From positions 32,001-96,000 of IMG/VR virus record IMGVR_UViG_3300028920_000027: DNA of 64,000 nucleotides. One strand, 5' to 3'. Position numbers and translations under genes: made by a program. Source of the DNA: a virus. Positions 45,387 through 55,043 of this stretch are shown here, in pieces (within the stretch, counting starts at the first letter, position 1; the number at the start of each line of letters is the position of its first letter). A model generated the notes under the pieces. The model did no database searches, was not told the origin of the DNA, and saw only the letters and a list, made by a program, of their open reading frames with translations.

Positions 45387-46934
45387 TTACCAGCCCTGAC
45401 GGCTCTTTGAAAGCGAAGGCTTCTCGGCGACGAGCTGTGGCGATGGGCTCTCCGCAGGCGCGGCCCACTGAACCCCGTCCCCGAAGCTCGGTGTCTCTGC
45501 CGAAGCATTGAGAGGAGACTGCTCAGGAACGTAGAGGATGCCGCTGCCGCTGCCGCTGCCGCTGCCGCTGCCGCTGCCATTCCCCACGAACGAAGAAACC
45601 GTTGCATCACGCGCCGCATTGCTGAGCTGCACGCTTCCCAAGTTCTGAAAGTCGGCCAGGGCCTGGAAATCAGCACAGACCAAACCCATGCCCCGAGAAG
45701 CAAAGTGCCGTGCTGAGTTCCGATAGCCCGCGCCCACACTGTAGGCCGCCCCCGACACATAGTTCTGCCTCAGGTTGGTTGCCATAGCAGCCAGACCATC
45801 GTGACCTGCTACCTGATCAGAGACTTCGCGCAGAAGCTCTGATGCCGTGTCGAAGTTACCTCGGGAGGCTTCCTCTTCAGCCTTGCCTTGCGCCCGCACG
45901 ATCTTGGCAAGCCCCACGATCTCTTGCAGGTCCGCGGGGATCTCCTTGGCCACCTCGTCAGGCTTAACGAACCGCACCTGGCACGTGGCCTCAACGTTGT
46001 GAGTGCTGGTTGTGCCGTGCTGATCCAGCATCGCGTAGGTTGTGACCACCTTAAAGGCGTTGACGTCACGAGGGAATGCCTGCTTCTGCTCTTTCAGCTC
46101 GATCTCCAGCACGAGATGACGGTTCTCCTCCGCCAACATCTCGGGGATCTTGAGAGTGACCTGTCCGATCTCATCCTCGACGTCGACATCGCTCAGCACG
46201 TCCCGAATGCGATGCCCATTCAAGGGCTCGATCGAGACCTCGATGCTCGTCGCGTAAGTCGAGAGGAGTCCACCCAACTCGGCGCCGAACGCTGCCAGCG
46301 CGGCGTCAGGCTCCTGAACGTAGGCATAGTTCCCTTTTCCCGTGCGTGCAAACTCGGTCAGGAAGTCTTGGTCACATCCGGTCCAGGCATCGTTGCCCGC
46401 ACCATAGCCAAACGCGCTCACCGTCACGTTGCCACGTTGCTCGGACAACATCCGGAGGATAGCAAGGCTATCCTTGACACCCACCGTCGGCTGCCCGTCA
46501 GTGAACATGATGACGCGAGACCGGTAGCTTGGTGGCAAGTCGAGCTGAGTCACCAACGCCAAGCTCCGAACCATACCTTCACAGAAGTTGGTGCCACCCA
46601 TTGGTGCCAACTGGTTGATGGCCTTGACCAGCTGATCCCGAATCTGGCTCAAAGGCCCGGGTTCGACCCGAACATGGACATTGTTCTCGAAGACAATGAG
46701 CCCGGACACATCGTCGTCTTTCAGGTGCTCGACGAGCTTGAGGGCACTCTTCTTGGCGTACTCCAGCTTAGCTCCCCGCATCGAACCAGACACGTCGATG
46801 ACGGGCAGAACTGCGAGAAGGGGGCGGGTCTCGACCCAATCGACCTCGGGAGCGCTGAGGGTAAGGACGAGGTGGTCTACATTGGACTGGGTATGATCAA
46901 AATTGGGGGATGCGCAACGCGCCTGAATCTGCAT
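45387..46934 (-). CDS. vWA-domain protein (YfbK/Ca-activated chloride channel-like family)
   Basis: MIDAS DVSGS, GGTNF, MFTDGQPT, GKGNY. Confidence 0.85.
   Translation of the reverse strand: MQIQARCASPNFDHTQSNVDHLVLTLSAPEVDWVETRPLLAVLPVIDVSGSMRGAKLEYAKKSALKLVEHLKDDDVSGLIVFENNVHVRVEPGPLSQIRDQLVKAINQLAPMGGTNFCEGMVRSLALVTQLDLPPSYRSRVIMFTDGQPTVGVKDSLAILRMLSEQRGNVTVSAFGYGAGNDAWTGCDQDFLTEFARTGKGNYAYVQEPDAALAAFGAELGGLLSTYATSIEVSIEPLNGHRIRDVLSDVDVEDEIGQVTLKIPEMLAEENRHLVLEIELKEQKQAFPRDVNAFKVVTTYAMLDQHGTTSTHNVEATCQVRFVKPDEVAKEIPADLQEIVGLAKIVRAQGKAEEEASRGNFDTASELLREVSDQVAGHDGLAAMATNLRQNYVSGAAYSVGAGYRNSARHFASRGMGLVCADFQALADFQNLGSVQLSNAARDATVSSFVGNGSGSGSGSGSGSGILYVPEQSPLNASAETPSFGDGVQWAAPAESPSPQLVAEKPSLSKSRQGW
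45540..45578. repeat. Hexamer microsatellite (GCCGCT)6 encoding (GS)n
   Basis: gccgct repeated six times plus gcc. Confidence 0.9.
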
Positions 46935-47165
46935 GATAAATCTCCGTGCAAACAATCGAGTGGTCGCCTTCGACGCGGGCTTGGACAGAGCCCCAGAATC
47001 TCTGGCAAAACAGTTCGAGTGTCCTTACGGCCACCCCAAAACCTTGCGGCGCGGGCAACCGCGACAGAGAGCCAATCCTTCAGGGACGCAATGCCCTCCG
47101 CGTTCCGTACTACACCAACTATCCGGCCAAAGCCACGAAATTCGTTCGATGCCCTGTCTCAAGTC

Positions 47166-47471
47166 ATGGGCACGCAACGTCGCCATTCATCGCAACGCCT
47201 GCGCATCCGCAGTTCAACACCACCGCCGAAACGCGACACGCTGATCCCCTGCCCAGCGTGCGGCTCCAAGGGGGAGCAAATCTACGAGGACCACCGCGGA
47301 AGGTACCGCCATCGCGAATGCCCCTGGTGCGACGGCAAAGGTTTCACCGACTTTCAGACCATCTCGATGTTCTGCCGTTGGCAGCGCATCCTCCAGCACA
47401 ACTGGGCAACGGGAAGGTGTGGCATCAAGAAGAGGACGCCTCTACCACGACCCCCACCGCCGAAGAAATGA
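47166..47471 (+). CDS. Small protein with DnaJ-type CxxCxGxG zinc motifs (101 aa)
   Basis: CPACGSKG and CPWCDGKG; corresponds to the 3' end of the long shadow ORF 45888-47471. Confidence 0.65.
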   Translation: MGTQRRHSSQRLRIRSSTPPPKRDTLIPCPACGSKGEQIYEDHRGRYRHRECPWCDGKGFTDFQTISMFCRWQRILQHNWATGRCGIKKRTPLPRPPPPKK

Positions 47472-47670
47472 CCGTGCATCGCGCGTGGACAACCCCACCG
47501 CCCCGGGTCAGGTTGAACTTGAACCCTGGTGTGAGTAAGTATGCTGGGCGTTGACTGAGCCATTCCACATAGCCCTCCACTTCCCCATTCGGATCTGGGT
47601 CACCCAGAAGCTCCCCCAGCATCGTCCAGTACTGGAACTCCTCAGGCAACAGGTCCCCCGTCGCCGGCAT
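47425..47670 (-). CDS. Hypothetical protein (81 aa)
   Basis: MPATGDLLPEEFQYW... has protein-like composition. Confidence 0.4.
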   Translation of the reverse strand: MPATGDLLPEEFQYWTMLGELLGDPDPNGEVEGYVEWLSQRPAYLLTPGFKFNLTRGGGVVHARCTVISSAVGVVVEASSS

Positions 47671-47788
47671 AGCTAACCGACGATTGGGGAAGTTGCAGGG
47701 GTTGAGGCGAGAGTGCTCGGTGACGAATCGGAAGCGGGCACGGGCGCGAGAGTCCATGCCCTTAACTTACACCACCACCAGCACTTAG

Positions 47789-48370
47789 CTACCCGGCTTG
47801 GAGGAAGGGTCTCCACTCGTCGGGTGCCTTTTCGAGATCGATGTGAGGCGAATGCATCGGCAAGATCGCAGGTCGGACCGGCACCCTCAGAAGCTCCATT
47901 CCCGCCTGTTCTGGCGTGCGATTGTCCTTGCGAGAGTTGCAGGGATAGCATGCCATCACGATGTTCTCCCACACGGTCTTCCCGCCTTGCGACCGAGGGA
48001 GTACGTGGTCGTAGTTAAGCTGACTCAAGGGTAACTTCTCACCGCAGTAGCAGCACCTGAAGCCATCCCGAAGAGCCACGTTAATCTTCGAGAACTTGAC
48101 CCCTGATTTGGTCATGCTCACCGGGCGTCGCAGAACAGCAACGGCGGGTGCCTTGATGGTCAAACTCTCGGTGTCCGTTCCAACAACTTGACGAAGGGCG
48201 CGTCGCAGCTCTGGAAAGCTCGATAGCGTCTGGCGCCCGATGACAGCCAACACCTCATCATACTGAGCCAGCACTTCGATGGACCCCTTGAACATGGCGG
48301 CAACAGCGTCCTGCCACGTGATGATGTCATGGGGCTTCCAGGCTTGGTTCAAAACGAGTGTACGGTACAT
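47789..48370 (-). CDS. HNH endonuclease (McrA-like)
   Basis: LVLN, RDGFRCCYCG, DHVLPRSQGG, WENIVMACYPCNSRK. Confidence 0.92.
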   Translation of the reverse strand: MYRTLVLNQAWKPHDIITWQDAVAAMFKGSIEVLAQYDEVLAVIGRQTLSSFPELRRALRQVVGTDTESLTIKAPAVAVLRRPVSMTKSGVKFSKINVALRDGFRCCYCGEKLPLSQLNYDHVLPRSQGGKTVWENIVMACYPCNSRKDNRTPEQAGMELLRVPVRPAILPMHSPHIDLEKAPDEWRPFLQAG

Positions 48371-48432
48371 GATGCTATTCTCCTATCTCTAACAGCTTGA
48401 CAGGGCAAATTCTTCTTGTGGTCCCGGGGGTT

Positions 48433-48794
48433 ATGCTTGAGGACTGGATTGCCGAAAACCTCGGAAAGGCCCTGCTGATAGGTATGGGAGCCACGATCCT
48501 GATAGCCATCCTGGCCTTCTACCTAGCACCATCATCACCATCGTAGGCGGGGGCCTGGCGCTGGCCCTCGGCATGGTTTTCTACCGAGCTTTGGCCATCA
48601 GCTGGGGAGTGGTCAAGGGCCATCACACACCGGTAGATAAGGGCCATCACACGGAAGAGGACCATCCAGGCGACGACTTTCTGACCGGCATCGATGCCTA
48701 CCTCAACGGGATACTGCTGACGCCAACCTCACCGAGGCAGAAGGCGCCCACACCTTTACACCACAGAACCCAGAAGCACACATCGTACACATGA
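48433..48794 (+). pseudogene. Frameshifted small membrane protein
   Basis: MLEDWIAENLGKALLIGMGATILIAILAFYLAP continues in the -1 frame as IITIVGGGLALALGMVFYR...; break at gcaccatc (48526-48533). Confidence 0.6.
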
Positions 48795-48892
48795 ACGTGG
48801 ACAAAAAGGGTACCGACTGGGAGGTCGAATCTCCGCGGCCGACCCACCAGTCATCGCCGACGAGCTGGGAGCGGCTACGCGAAGACGACTGA
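48791..48892 (+). CDS. Micro-ORF ending SWERLREDD (33 aa)
   Basis: ATGA overlap with the upstream stop; shares the WERL tail with other ORFs. Confidence 0.45.
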   Translation: MNVDKKGTDWEVESPRPTHQSSPTSWERLREDD

Positions 48893-48955
48893 AAGAGGTG
48901 GTAATTCTTGGGGTGTGGGCGTGAAACTACTTTTCGGCCTGCCTAGACGAGCCCC

Positions 48956-49867
48956 ATGAGAATCCTGATCGTCGAGGATAACCCCCAAGAGCGCGAACTG
49001 TTGCGCTATTTGCTGGAAGATCGCTTCCAGAATGAGGCGAAATTCCGAGAAGCCGCCAACTTGGAGCTTGCTCTCAAGTACCTGGCGTCGGACACCATCG
49101 ACGTTGTTGTGCTGGACCTCTCGCTACCCGACAGCGCCGGGCGCGAAACCTTCAACAAGCTGCATGAGGCACACCCCACCATCCCCATCGTGGTGATGAC
49201 AAACAACAAAGATCGCACACTCGCGATCGACATGATCCAGCACGGGGCAGCCGACTACATAGTCAAGAACTTCACCGACGAAGAGGAGCTGTTCCGGAGG
49301 ATCTTGTTTGCCGTCGAAAAGCACCAGACCACAATCCGAACTACCTCCAAGCGGGCAAACAGCATCCACGCCTTGGACCGGGCCCGCGCCAAAATGCAAC
49401 GAGCTCACCAAAGTGGTCAACACCAACTTGCTCTAGATGGGACCGTCGAGACCTCACAGGCGGTGGCAGCCCTTGCCCGTTCAATATTTGAGGGAATGCA
49501 GGATGTCACCCAGAGTGTCCAAAAGCTCTCATTGCAATCCGAGGCCATGGGCAAGACTGTCGACACCCTCGACCAGGAACTCCTCCGTGGATACTCGGGG
49601 CGCCCCTCGATGCGGTCCCAGGTCGACGTCATCGACACGCGGCTGACCAACCTCGAAGAGGAAGTTGGCGACGTCAAGAACTCAGTTGAAAACGACCGGC
49701 AGAGCGCCGTCGAGATCCAGCGGTTTCAGATTCAAGAAAAGCTGAGCGCACGGACCAAGGTCATCCTGGCCATCATCGGTGTAGTCGGCACCATCGCGAC
49801 AGGGGTAGTTACTTGGGCAGTGACAGTCGCTTCCGGGGGGACAGCCACAACAATTGAGGGGAAGTAG
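48956..49867 (+). CDS. Response regulator: REC domain, coiled coil, C-terminal TM helix
   Basis: ILIVEDN, VVLDLSLPD (phospho-Asp), VMT, DYIVK; tail VILAIIGVVGTIATGVVTWAVTV. Confidence 0.88.
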   Translation: MRILIVEDNPQERELLRYLLEDRFQNEAKFREAANLELALKYLASDTIDVVVLDLSLPDSAGRETFNKLHEAHPTIPIVVMTNNKDRTLAIDMIQHGAADYIVKNFTDEEELFRRILFAVEKHQTTIRTTSKRANSIHALDRARAKMQRAHQSGQHQLALDGTVETSQAVAALARSIFEGMQDVTQSVQKLSLQSEAMGKTVDTLDQELLRGYSGRPSMRSQVDVIDTRLTNLEEEVGDVKNSVENDRQSAVEIQRFQIQEKLSARTKVILAIIGVVGTIATGVVTWAVTVASGGTATTIEGK

Positions 49868-49876
49868 GACAATGAC

Positions 49877-50950
49877 ATGCACAAGCCTTGCTCGAGTACC
49901 ACTGCCTACTATCTCTGCCAGCCTGCCTTTCACAACTCTCCCATAGGCCAGGCCGTCCTCAACATCGATGGGTCCTTCGTCGAGGTCAACCAAGCATTCT
50001 GTACCCTCCTTAGGCGAACCCGAGAAAACGTCATCGCTCGAGGGCATGACGAGCTGCTGCACCCCGACGAGACCCTGACCCTCGGTAAGGTAGCTGACCG
50101 CATTCGGATGCGACGCTCCTGTCAGACCGAAGCGCGCTATGCCCGCGGTGATGCAAACATCATGCATGCGCTGCTCAGCGTATCGGGGATCTTCCAGGCC
50201 AACCTGCTTCAGCACATCGTCATCCAGCTGCAAGACATCACTGAGCTGAAGCGCCTTCAAGAAGACCTCCAGCAGAACGCCGCCGACCTGGAGCAGTTCG
50301 CGTACATTGCCTCCCACGACCTTCGCGAGCCCCTTGTCACCATGGCCGGGTTTGCCTCCCTCCTCCAGAAGAAGTGCAGTGGTGAACTCGAAGAGAAGGG
50401 TCGGCACTGGGTCGAAGAGATCCTCAACGGTACCAAGCAGATGGAACGGAAGATCGACGATCTGCTCGCCTTCAGCCGAGCCAGTCGAATCGATCCCCAA
50501 GGTGAGTTCCCCCTGGGCGCCGCCGTCGAGGAAGCACGGCGTGCACTGGTAGGAGCCATCACTCGAACCAACGCCAGCATCATCCTCGACCACCAGCTCC
50601 CCCTCGTGCAAGGTGACCGGTCGATGGTGGCCCAGGTGTTCCAAAATCTATTCTCGAATTCCATCAAGTACAAAAGCTCCAAGGAGCCAGTGATCCATGT
50701 GTCAGCCAAACGATGCAGCGAAGGCTGGGTCGTGTCGGTATCTGACAACGGCATTGGGTTCGACATGAGGCATGCCAACCGCATTTTCGGAGTCTTTCAG
50801 CGCCTCTACACAATCGACCAATACCCCGGGACAGGAATCGGTCTCGCCATCACCAAGAAGATCATCGAGCGCCATGGGGGTCGCATCTGGCCCGAAAGCG
50901 AACCTGACAAGGGAACCACCTTCCACTTCATCCTGCGAGCCTCACAATGA
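49877..50950 (+). CDS. Cytoplasmic PAS-HisKA-HATPase histidine kinase
   Basis: FHNSPIG...VNQAFC...HPDE (PAS), SHDLREPL (H box), NSIKY, DNGIGF, GTGIGL. Confidence 0.93.
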   Translation: MHKPCSSTTAYYLCQPAFHNSPIGQAVLNIDGSFVEVNQAFCTLLRRTRENVIARGHDELLHPDETLTLGKVADRIRMRRSCQTEARYARGDANIMHALLSVSGIFQANLLQHIVIQLQDITELKRLQEDLQQNAADLEQFAYIASHDLREPLVTMAGFASLLQKKCSGELEEKGRHWVEEILNGTKQMERKIDDLLAFSRASRIDPQGEFPLGAAVEEARRALVGAITRTNASIILDHQLPLVQGDRSMVAQVFQNLFSNSIKYKSSKEPVIHVSAKRCSEGWVVSVSDNGIGFDMRHANRIFGVFQRLYTIDQYPGTGIGLAITKKIIERHGGRIWPESEPDKGTTFHFILRASQ

Positions 50951-51396
50951 GTCGTTGCCTCAACATCCTGCTAGCCGAAGACAACAGGCACGATGCCGAA
51001 CTGATCACGGAGGCTTTCGCTGATAGCGAAATCTGCCACAACATCCAGGTTGTAGCCGACGGCGAGGCGGCTCTCATCCACCTCAGGAACCGAACCCCTG
51101 ACCTGCTGTTCCTTGACCTAAACCTCCCCAAGATGGGGGGTCTCGACGTTCTGCGCTCCGTGCGCAGAACCCCCAACCTTGAACACGTCCTGGTTCTCAT
51201 TCTCACGAACTCGACTTCTGACGATGATGTGTATGCCGCATATCGAGCAGGCGCCAACGCCTACATCCGCAAGCCTCTTGGCTTCGACAGCCTCCTGACC
51301 GTCGTCAAAAGCACGACCGCCTTCTGGTTCCGGGTCGCCGTCATCCCGGGAAGGCCGGCTCCTCGCATCGATTCTGGGCCGCCCTCGGCGGTCTAG
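50947..51396 (+). CDS. Single-domain response regulator (Rcp1-like)
   Basis: ILLAEDN, PDLLFLDLNLPKMGG, LTNS, GANAYIRKP. Confidence 0.93.
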   Translation: MSRCLNILLAEDNRHDAELITEAFADSEICHNIQVVADGEAALIHLRNRTPDLLFLDLNLPKMGGLDVLRSVRRTPNLEHVLVLILTNSTSDDDVYAAYRAGANAYIRKPLGFDSLLTVVKSTTAFWFRVAVIPGRPAPRIDSGPPSAV

Positions 51397-51471
51397 CCCC
51401 CTTGGTTCAGAAGACCCTGCCGCTATGCGAATCGCTAAGCCCTCATAATCCTTTTCTGTAACGGATTTGGC

Positions 51472-51807
51472 ATGGGCACCACCACCAAGAAAGTTGCCGC
51501 GCGTTTCAAGGAGCGCATGGCCAGTGCCTCAGGCGACCGTCTGATGCGCCCCCTTTCAGATGCCATCGACGATCTGGTGGAAGCCAAAAAGAAAGCCGAA
51601 AAGGCACTTCAAGCCCTGCGTCGCCACACAGAGAGTGTCGTCAAGAGCGAAGACTTCCAAGCTCGTGTCAAAGGGCTCGACCGGGAGGCCCCCCAGCAAA
51701 TGATCGGCTACATGAGGGAGCACCTGGAAACTGCCAAAAAAGGGATCGAGAGCTTGGCCTCCGAGTATGACGATGCCGCCATCCGCCTCAAGCGCATGGG
51801 AATCTGA
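51472..51807 (+). CDS. Helical protein with N-terminal KKVAARF motif (111 aa)
   Basis: ORF with late-type motif 13 nt upstream. Confidence 0.75.
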   Translation: MGTTTKKVAARFKERMASASGDRLMRPLSDAIDDLVEAKKKAEKALQALRRHTESVVKSEDFQARVKGLDREAPQQMIGYMREHLETAKKGIESLASEYDDAAIRLKRMGI

Positions 51808-52073
51808 TGGATCCAGTTGCTCGACGAGTTGCCAAACGCTTCCGAGACCAACGGGGCCCCAGCAAAGGCACGTTGATAGATCGCATCGTGGTATACGTGC
51901 GTGAGACCACCGGGCTCAGTCGGGGCATCGCAGAAGGCATCGCCAAAACTCTAGTTCGGAGCGGACGGAACATCGACCAACTCGCCGTGCAGAAGGGGTG
52001 GCCCCTTGATGGAGGCCAGCTCATGGGACCGCGGGGCGCCGTCACGTTGGACGAACTACGAGCCCTAGTCTGA
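51807..52073 (+). CDS. Small protein with N-terminal RRVAKRF motif (88 aa)
   Basis: TGATG stop/start overlap. Confidence 0.75.
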   Translation: MDPVARRVAKRFRDQRGPSKGTLIDRIVVYVRETTGLSRGIAEGIAKTLVRSGRNIDQLAVQKGWPLDGGQLMGPRGAVTLDELRALV

Positions 52074-52201
52074 TCTGGCCGGCTTTCTCTGTCACTGCTC
52101 TGGGGCCACTCTAGTACTGCACTACCCTGACCGCGCGACCACACCCATCACAGACAACTTTCACCTGGGTACCCGGGACAATGACCAACCAGCCCAGCGC
52201 G

Positions 52202-52882
52202 TCAGTGATAGTCGTACTTGACCTTCAAATTGTCCCAAACCTTACGCAGTTCGAGGATGCTCATCCCGTTGACCTTGGACAGGTTCTCCTGAAGCCATAT
52301 GTTGAACAACTTGGCACCCTTGGCCACTTCTCGCTTACCGCCAGCTGGTGTGTAAAGGGTGTCCTGAGTGAAGCTTCCTCCGTCAGGCCTCCCCATGATG
52401 GCCACGCTCTTGACGCCCCAATCCGTAGGTTTGGACTCGATGACCATGTAGTCCCCGTTGTCGTTGGGACGAGTCTTGAGGGTGATCTTGGTGAGCCCCC
52501 CTGGCTCGACATCGACCCCTCGCGCCTGTGAACGGTTGACCTCGATCTCGCCAGGATAGCTCGCAAGCAGGTCCCGGAAGAAAGCCATCACTTGGTCAAA
52601 GGTCCGGTAATGAACCAACGCCTGTGACGTGCTGTCAAACCACTGGTCCCAGTCACCCTTGTAGGCGTAACTCGGACTGACGGTGGCTTCATCGACCTTC
52701 TTGCCCCGCTTGCCCGCGTTCGTCAGGTCCGTGACCCGAAAGTGGTCTCGGTACCGATGAACACGAACGTTCCCCATCTCGACGGTGCGGCCCACGCCGA
52801 TGCCTGCAAGGGCTTCCTTGTAGCGACGGGCAACTCTGGTCGCCATGGACCTGTGGGCGGCAATACGGGCTTTGATGCTCAT
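52202..52882 (-). CDS. Hypothetical protein with N-terminal RVARRY motif
   Basis: Start refined to ATG 52882, 13 nt after CTTGTG. Confidence 0.75.
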   Translation of the reverse strand: MSIKARIAAHRSMATRVARRYKEALAGIGVGRTVEMGNVRVHRYRDHFRVTDLTNAGKRGKKVDEATVSPSYAYKGDWDQWFDSTSQALVHYRTFDQVMAFFRDLLASYPGEIEVNRSQARGVDVEPGGLTKITLKTRPNDNGDYMVIESKPTDWGVKSVAIMGRPDGGSFTQDTLYTPAGGKREVAKGAKLFNIWLQENLSKVNGMSILELRKVWDNLKVKYDYH

Positions 52883-52908
52883 GCGTAGGCTGGCCCACAA
52901 GTAGAACT

Positions 52909-53322
52909 TCAGGCCCCCATGACGTAGCGAAAGATCTCGGTACCGCTCATCACTTCTTCCGACTTGACTTCTAGTTCAGGCTCAATGACCTGGGGCTCAC
53001 TTGAGAAGATGAGGACCGGCTTAGGGAGCAAGACCTTGCCACTGCGAAGATCAAGGATGAGCTGGCGACGACCTTGGAAAGTAGCGAGCTGTCCCCGGAA
53101 GGCTCGCAAGGGAGCCTGGGAGCCCCTTGTAGCTGCCCGCACCAGCGCCCGAGGACACAACCACCTCCGCGTGGGACCCCTTGTATCAGCCTCTGTAAAG
53201 CCCAGTATCGCCCCATCCACACTATCCCGCGGGATGATCATCGCGCCCGGCTCCACCTTGGCATCTTGTACCGCCTTGAGCCAGGCATGTGGATCCTCGA
53301 AAGTGAGCACATTTCCAGGCAT
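52909..53322 (-). CDS. Hypothetical protein (137 aa)
   Basis: GGTGTAAAGT 9 nt upstream of ATG. Confidence 0.7.
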   Translation of the reverse strand: MPGNVLTFEDPHAWLKAVQDAKVEPGAMIIPRDSVDGAILGFTEADTRGPTRRWLCPRALVRAATRGSQAPLRAFRGQLATFQGRRQLILDLRSGKVLLPKPVLIFSSEPQVIEPELEVKSEEVMSGTEIFRYVMGA

Positions 53323-53356
53323 TCCAAGCTCACTTTACACCACGATCCAGGGCTCG

Positions 53357-53716
53357 TCAGGCCAACCGCTCCCAGAGCGTCGGGATCGAGGCCCGTTTCC
53401 GGTTCGCAGCTTCCTTGATCCGTTTCCGGTTCGCAGCTTCCTCGATCAGCCCCTCGATGAACTCGTTACGGGCCGCCTGACCCCGGAAGGTGTTCCGAAC
53501 GGTCACGTCACGGTGGTGGGCAAAAACCTCGATCTGGACCTTGATCGTGACCCGAGCCACATCACCACTGTTGTGGAAAATATAGGTGATCTCGCGACGA
53601 GAGATGTTGTCACTGGGGGTCATCTTTTCGTAGCCCAGCGAAATGGCAGCAATCATGGCCTCGGAGAACTCGTCGACCGACGTGGCCGTGAACTCCCTGT
53701 GAAGGGTTAGAGGCAT
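53357..53716 (-). CDS. Hypothetical protein with EAANRKR duplication and PTLWERLA tail
   Basis: Operon-coupled; 24-bp internal duplication. Confidence 0.65.
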   Translation of the reverse strand: MPLTLHREFTATSVDEFSEAMIAAISLGYEKMTPSDNISRREITYIFHNSGDVARVTIKVQIEVFAHHRDVTVRNTFRGQAARNEFIEGLIEEAANRKRIKEAANRKRASIPTLWERLA

Positions 53717-54078
53717 CGGAGGCGCTCCCACACGTTGGGTTGTTTTTCAGCCATCTCCCGACGGCGACGTTGAATGTCGTTGGCCTGAACCTGCAAGCTC
53801 TCCAGGAGACCTACACTCGAATGAATCCGCGCCGGGCTCCTAAGCAGAACTTCCATTGGAAGCAAAACGTGGAAGAAGTGGTTCGATCGCCTTGTGTCCC
53901 AAAGTGTGTACCGAATCGCCCGCAGACGTTGATCGTCAGAAGGTACCACCTGGTACCCCTCCAGAGCAAGAGCGAGAATCATGACGTCTCGAAAGTCAGC
54001 CATGCTGCCCGCCTTAAAGGTTTCATCACAGCAGGCCCGGAGCTTATACTCGTGCTTGAAGTCCTCTCGGGTCAGCAT
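53707..54078 (-). CDS. Hypothetical protein with PNVWERL tail
   Basis: GGTGTAGAGT 20 nt upstream of ATG 54078. Confidence 0.65.
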   Translation of the reverse strand: MLTREDFKHEYKLRACCDETFKAGSMADFRDVMILALALEGYQVVPSDDQRLRAIRYTLWDTRRSNHFFHVLLPMEVLLRSPARIHSSVGLLESLQVQANDIQRRRREMAEKQPNVWERLRCL

Positions 54079-54209
54079 GTCTGTTGGAGTCCCCCCGTAC
54101 TCTACACCAATCAACCAGTACAGTCGTAGAGAGCAGCCGGTGGTGGCCGCCGCATCTTGTGCATCGGCACCCTTGAACCTTGAACCCGGGCATCAGGGGA
54201 GAGCAGCCG

Positions 54210-54692
54210 CTACTCGATTTGGGAGGCCAGCCGCCGCAAGTGGGCGGCTAGATCCTGGCGCGAAGGTCGCTCGGGTCCTTGGCACGAAGCCAAAATATGG
54301 CCCAGCTCCTCCCGAAGCTCGTGGGGGTTCGTGATGCGAGCCGCCTTCGACCTCATGTACCGGTCCAGTTGTCGTTTCAGGCTCTTCTCAGCGCTCATCC
54401 GATCTCGGATGTTGGCCATCATCTCGGCGGAGGGCGGCCCCTCTTCACGACGTTGGTGGTCCGCGATGTTGGCGTGGAAGTGGAGCCAGTTCTTGGCGAG
54501 CATCAGCACTCCGTAGAGTCCAGGATCCCCCTCACGTTGCTTCTGATTCGCGATCTTCCCCATGGCCTCCTTGACGGCCATGATTGAGGTGAGGTCGGTC
54601 CCGATGGTGCGGGACATCTCTTCCAGAGCGATGTTGGCCCCCCGGCTGAGGGCCGTGCCCAGGAACTTTTCGGCTACCTGTACGGCGTTCAT
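54210..54692 (-). CDS. Helical protein with N-terminal QVAEKF motif (160 aa)
   Basis: CTTATG 13 nt upstream of ATG. Confidence 0.75.
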   Translation of the reverse strand: MNAVQVAEKFLGTALSRGANIALEEMSRTIGTDLTSIMAVKEAMGKIANQKQREGDPGLYGVLMLAKNWLHFHANIADHQRREEGPPSAEMMANIRDRMSAEKSLKRQLDRYMRSKAARITNPHELREELGHILASCQGPERPSRQDLAAHLRRLASQIE

Positions 54693-55043
54693 AGTCGAGG
54701 GTGCTCATAAGCAGATTCTGGTGAGCTGCGGTCTGATCGTGTACACTAAAGCCCTGTGCCCGTGAAGCCCCCAGCAGCCCCCGTGAAGACACCCAAGCCG
54801 GTGACGCCGGCAAGGAGGTCTTCGCGATGCATTACAAGCGCAGGCGCCGCCGTAGGGGCGGCATCAAGGGCTGCTGCCTCATATGCAGCTTGGCGACCAC
54901 GGACGGTCGCCGTAACGGCCGCAAGCTGACTCTGCAAGAGGAGCGTTCGCTCCAAGACATGGTGGAGCAGCTCGAAGGCGTCGAGGTCGTGTGTCAGCCT
55001 CGAACCTCATAGAGCGACTCATGTGAGCACTCTACGTCGGTTC

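Noticed and set aside
45888-47165. 527-aa plus-strand ORF
   Set aside because: Antisense shadow of the vWA gene. Only its last ~100 codons (from ATG 47166, with CxxCxGxG motifs) look like a real gene.
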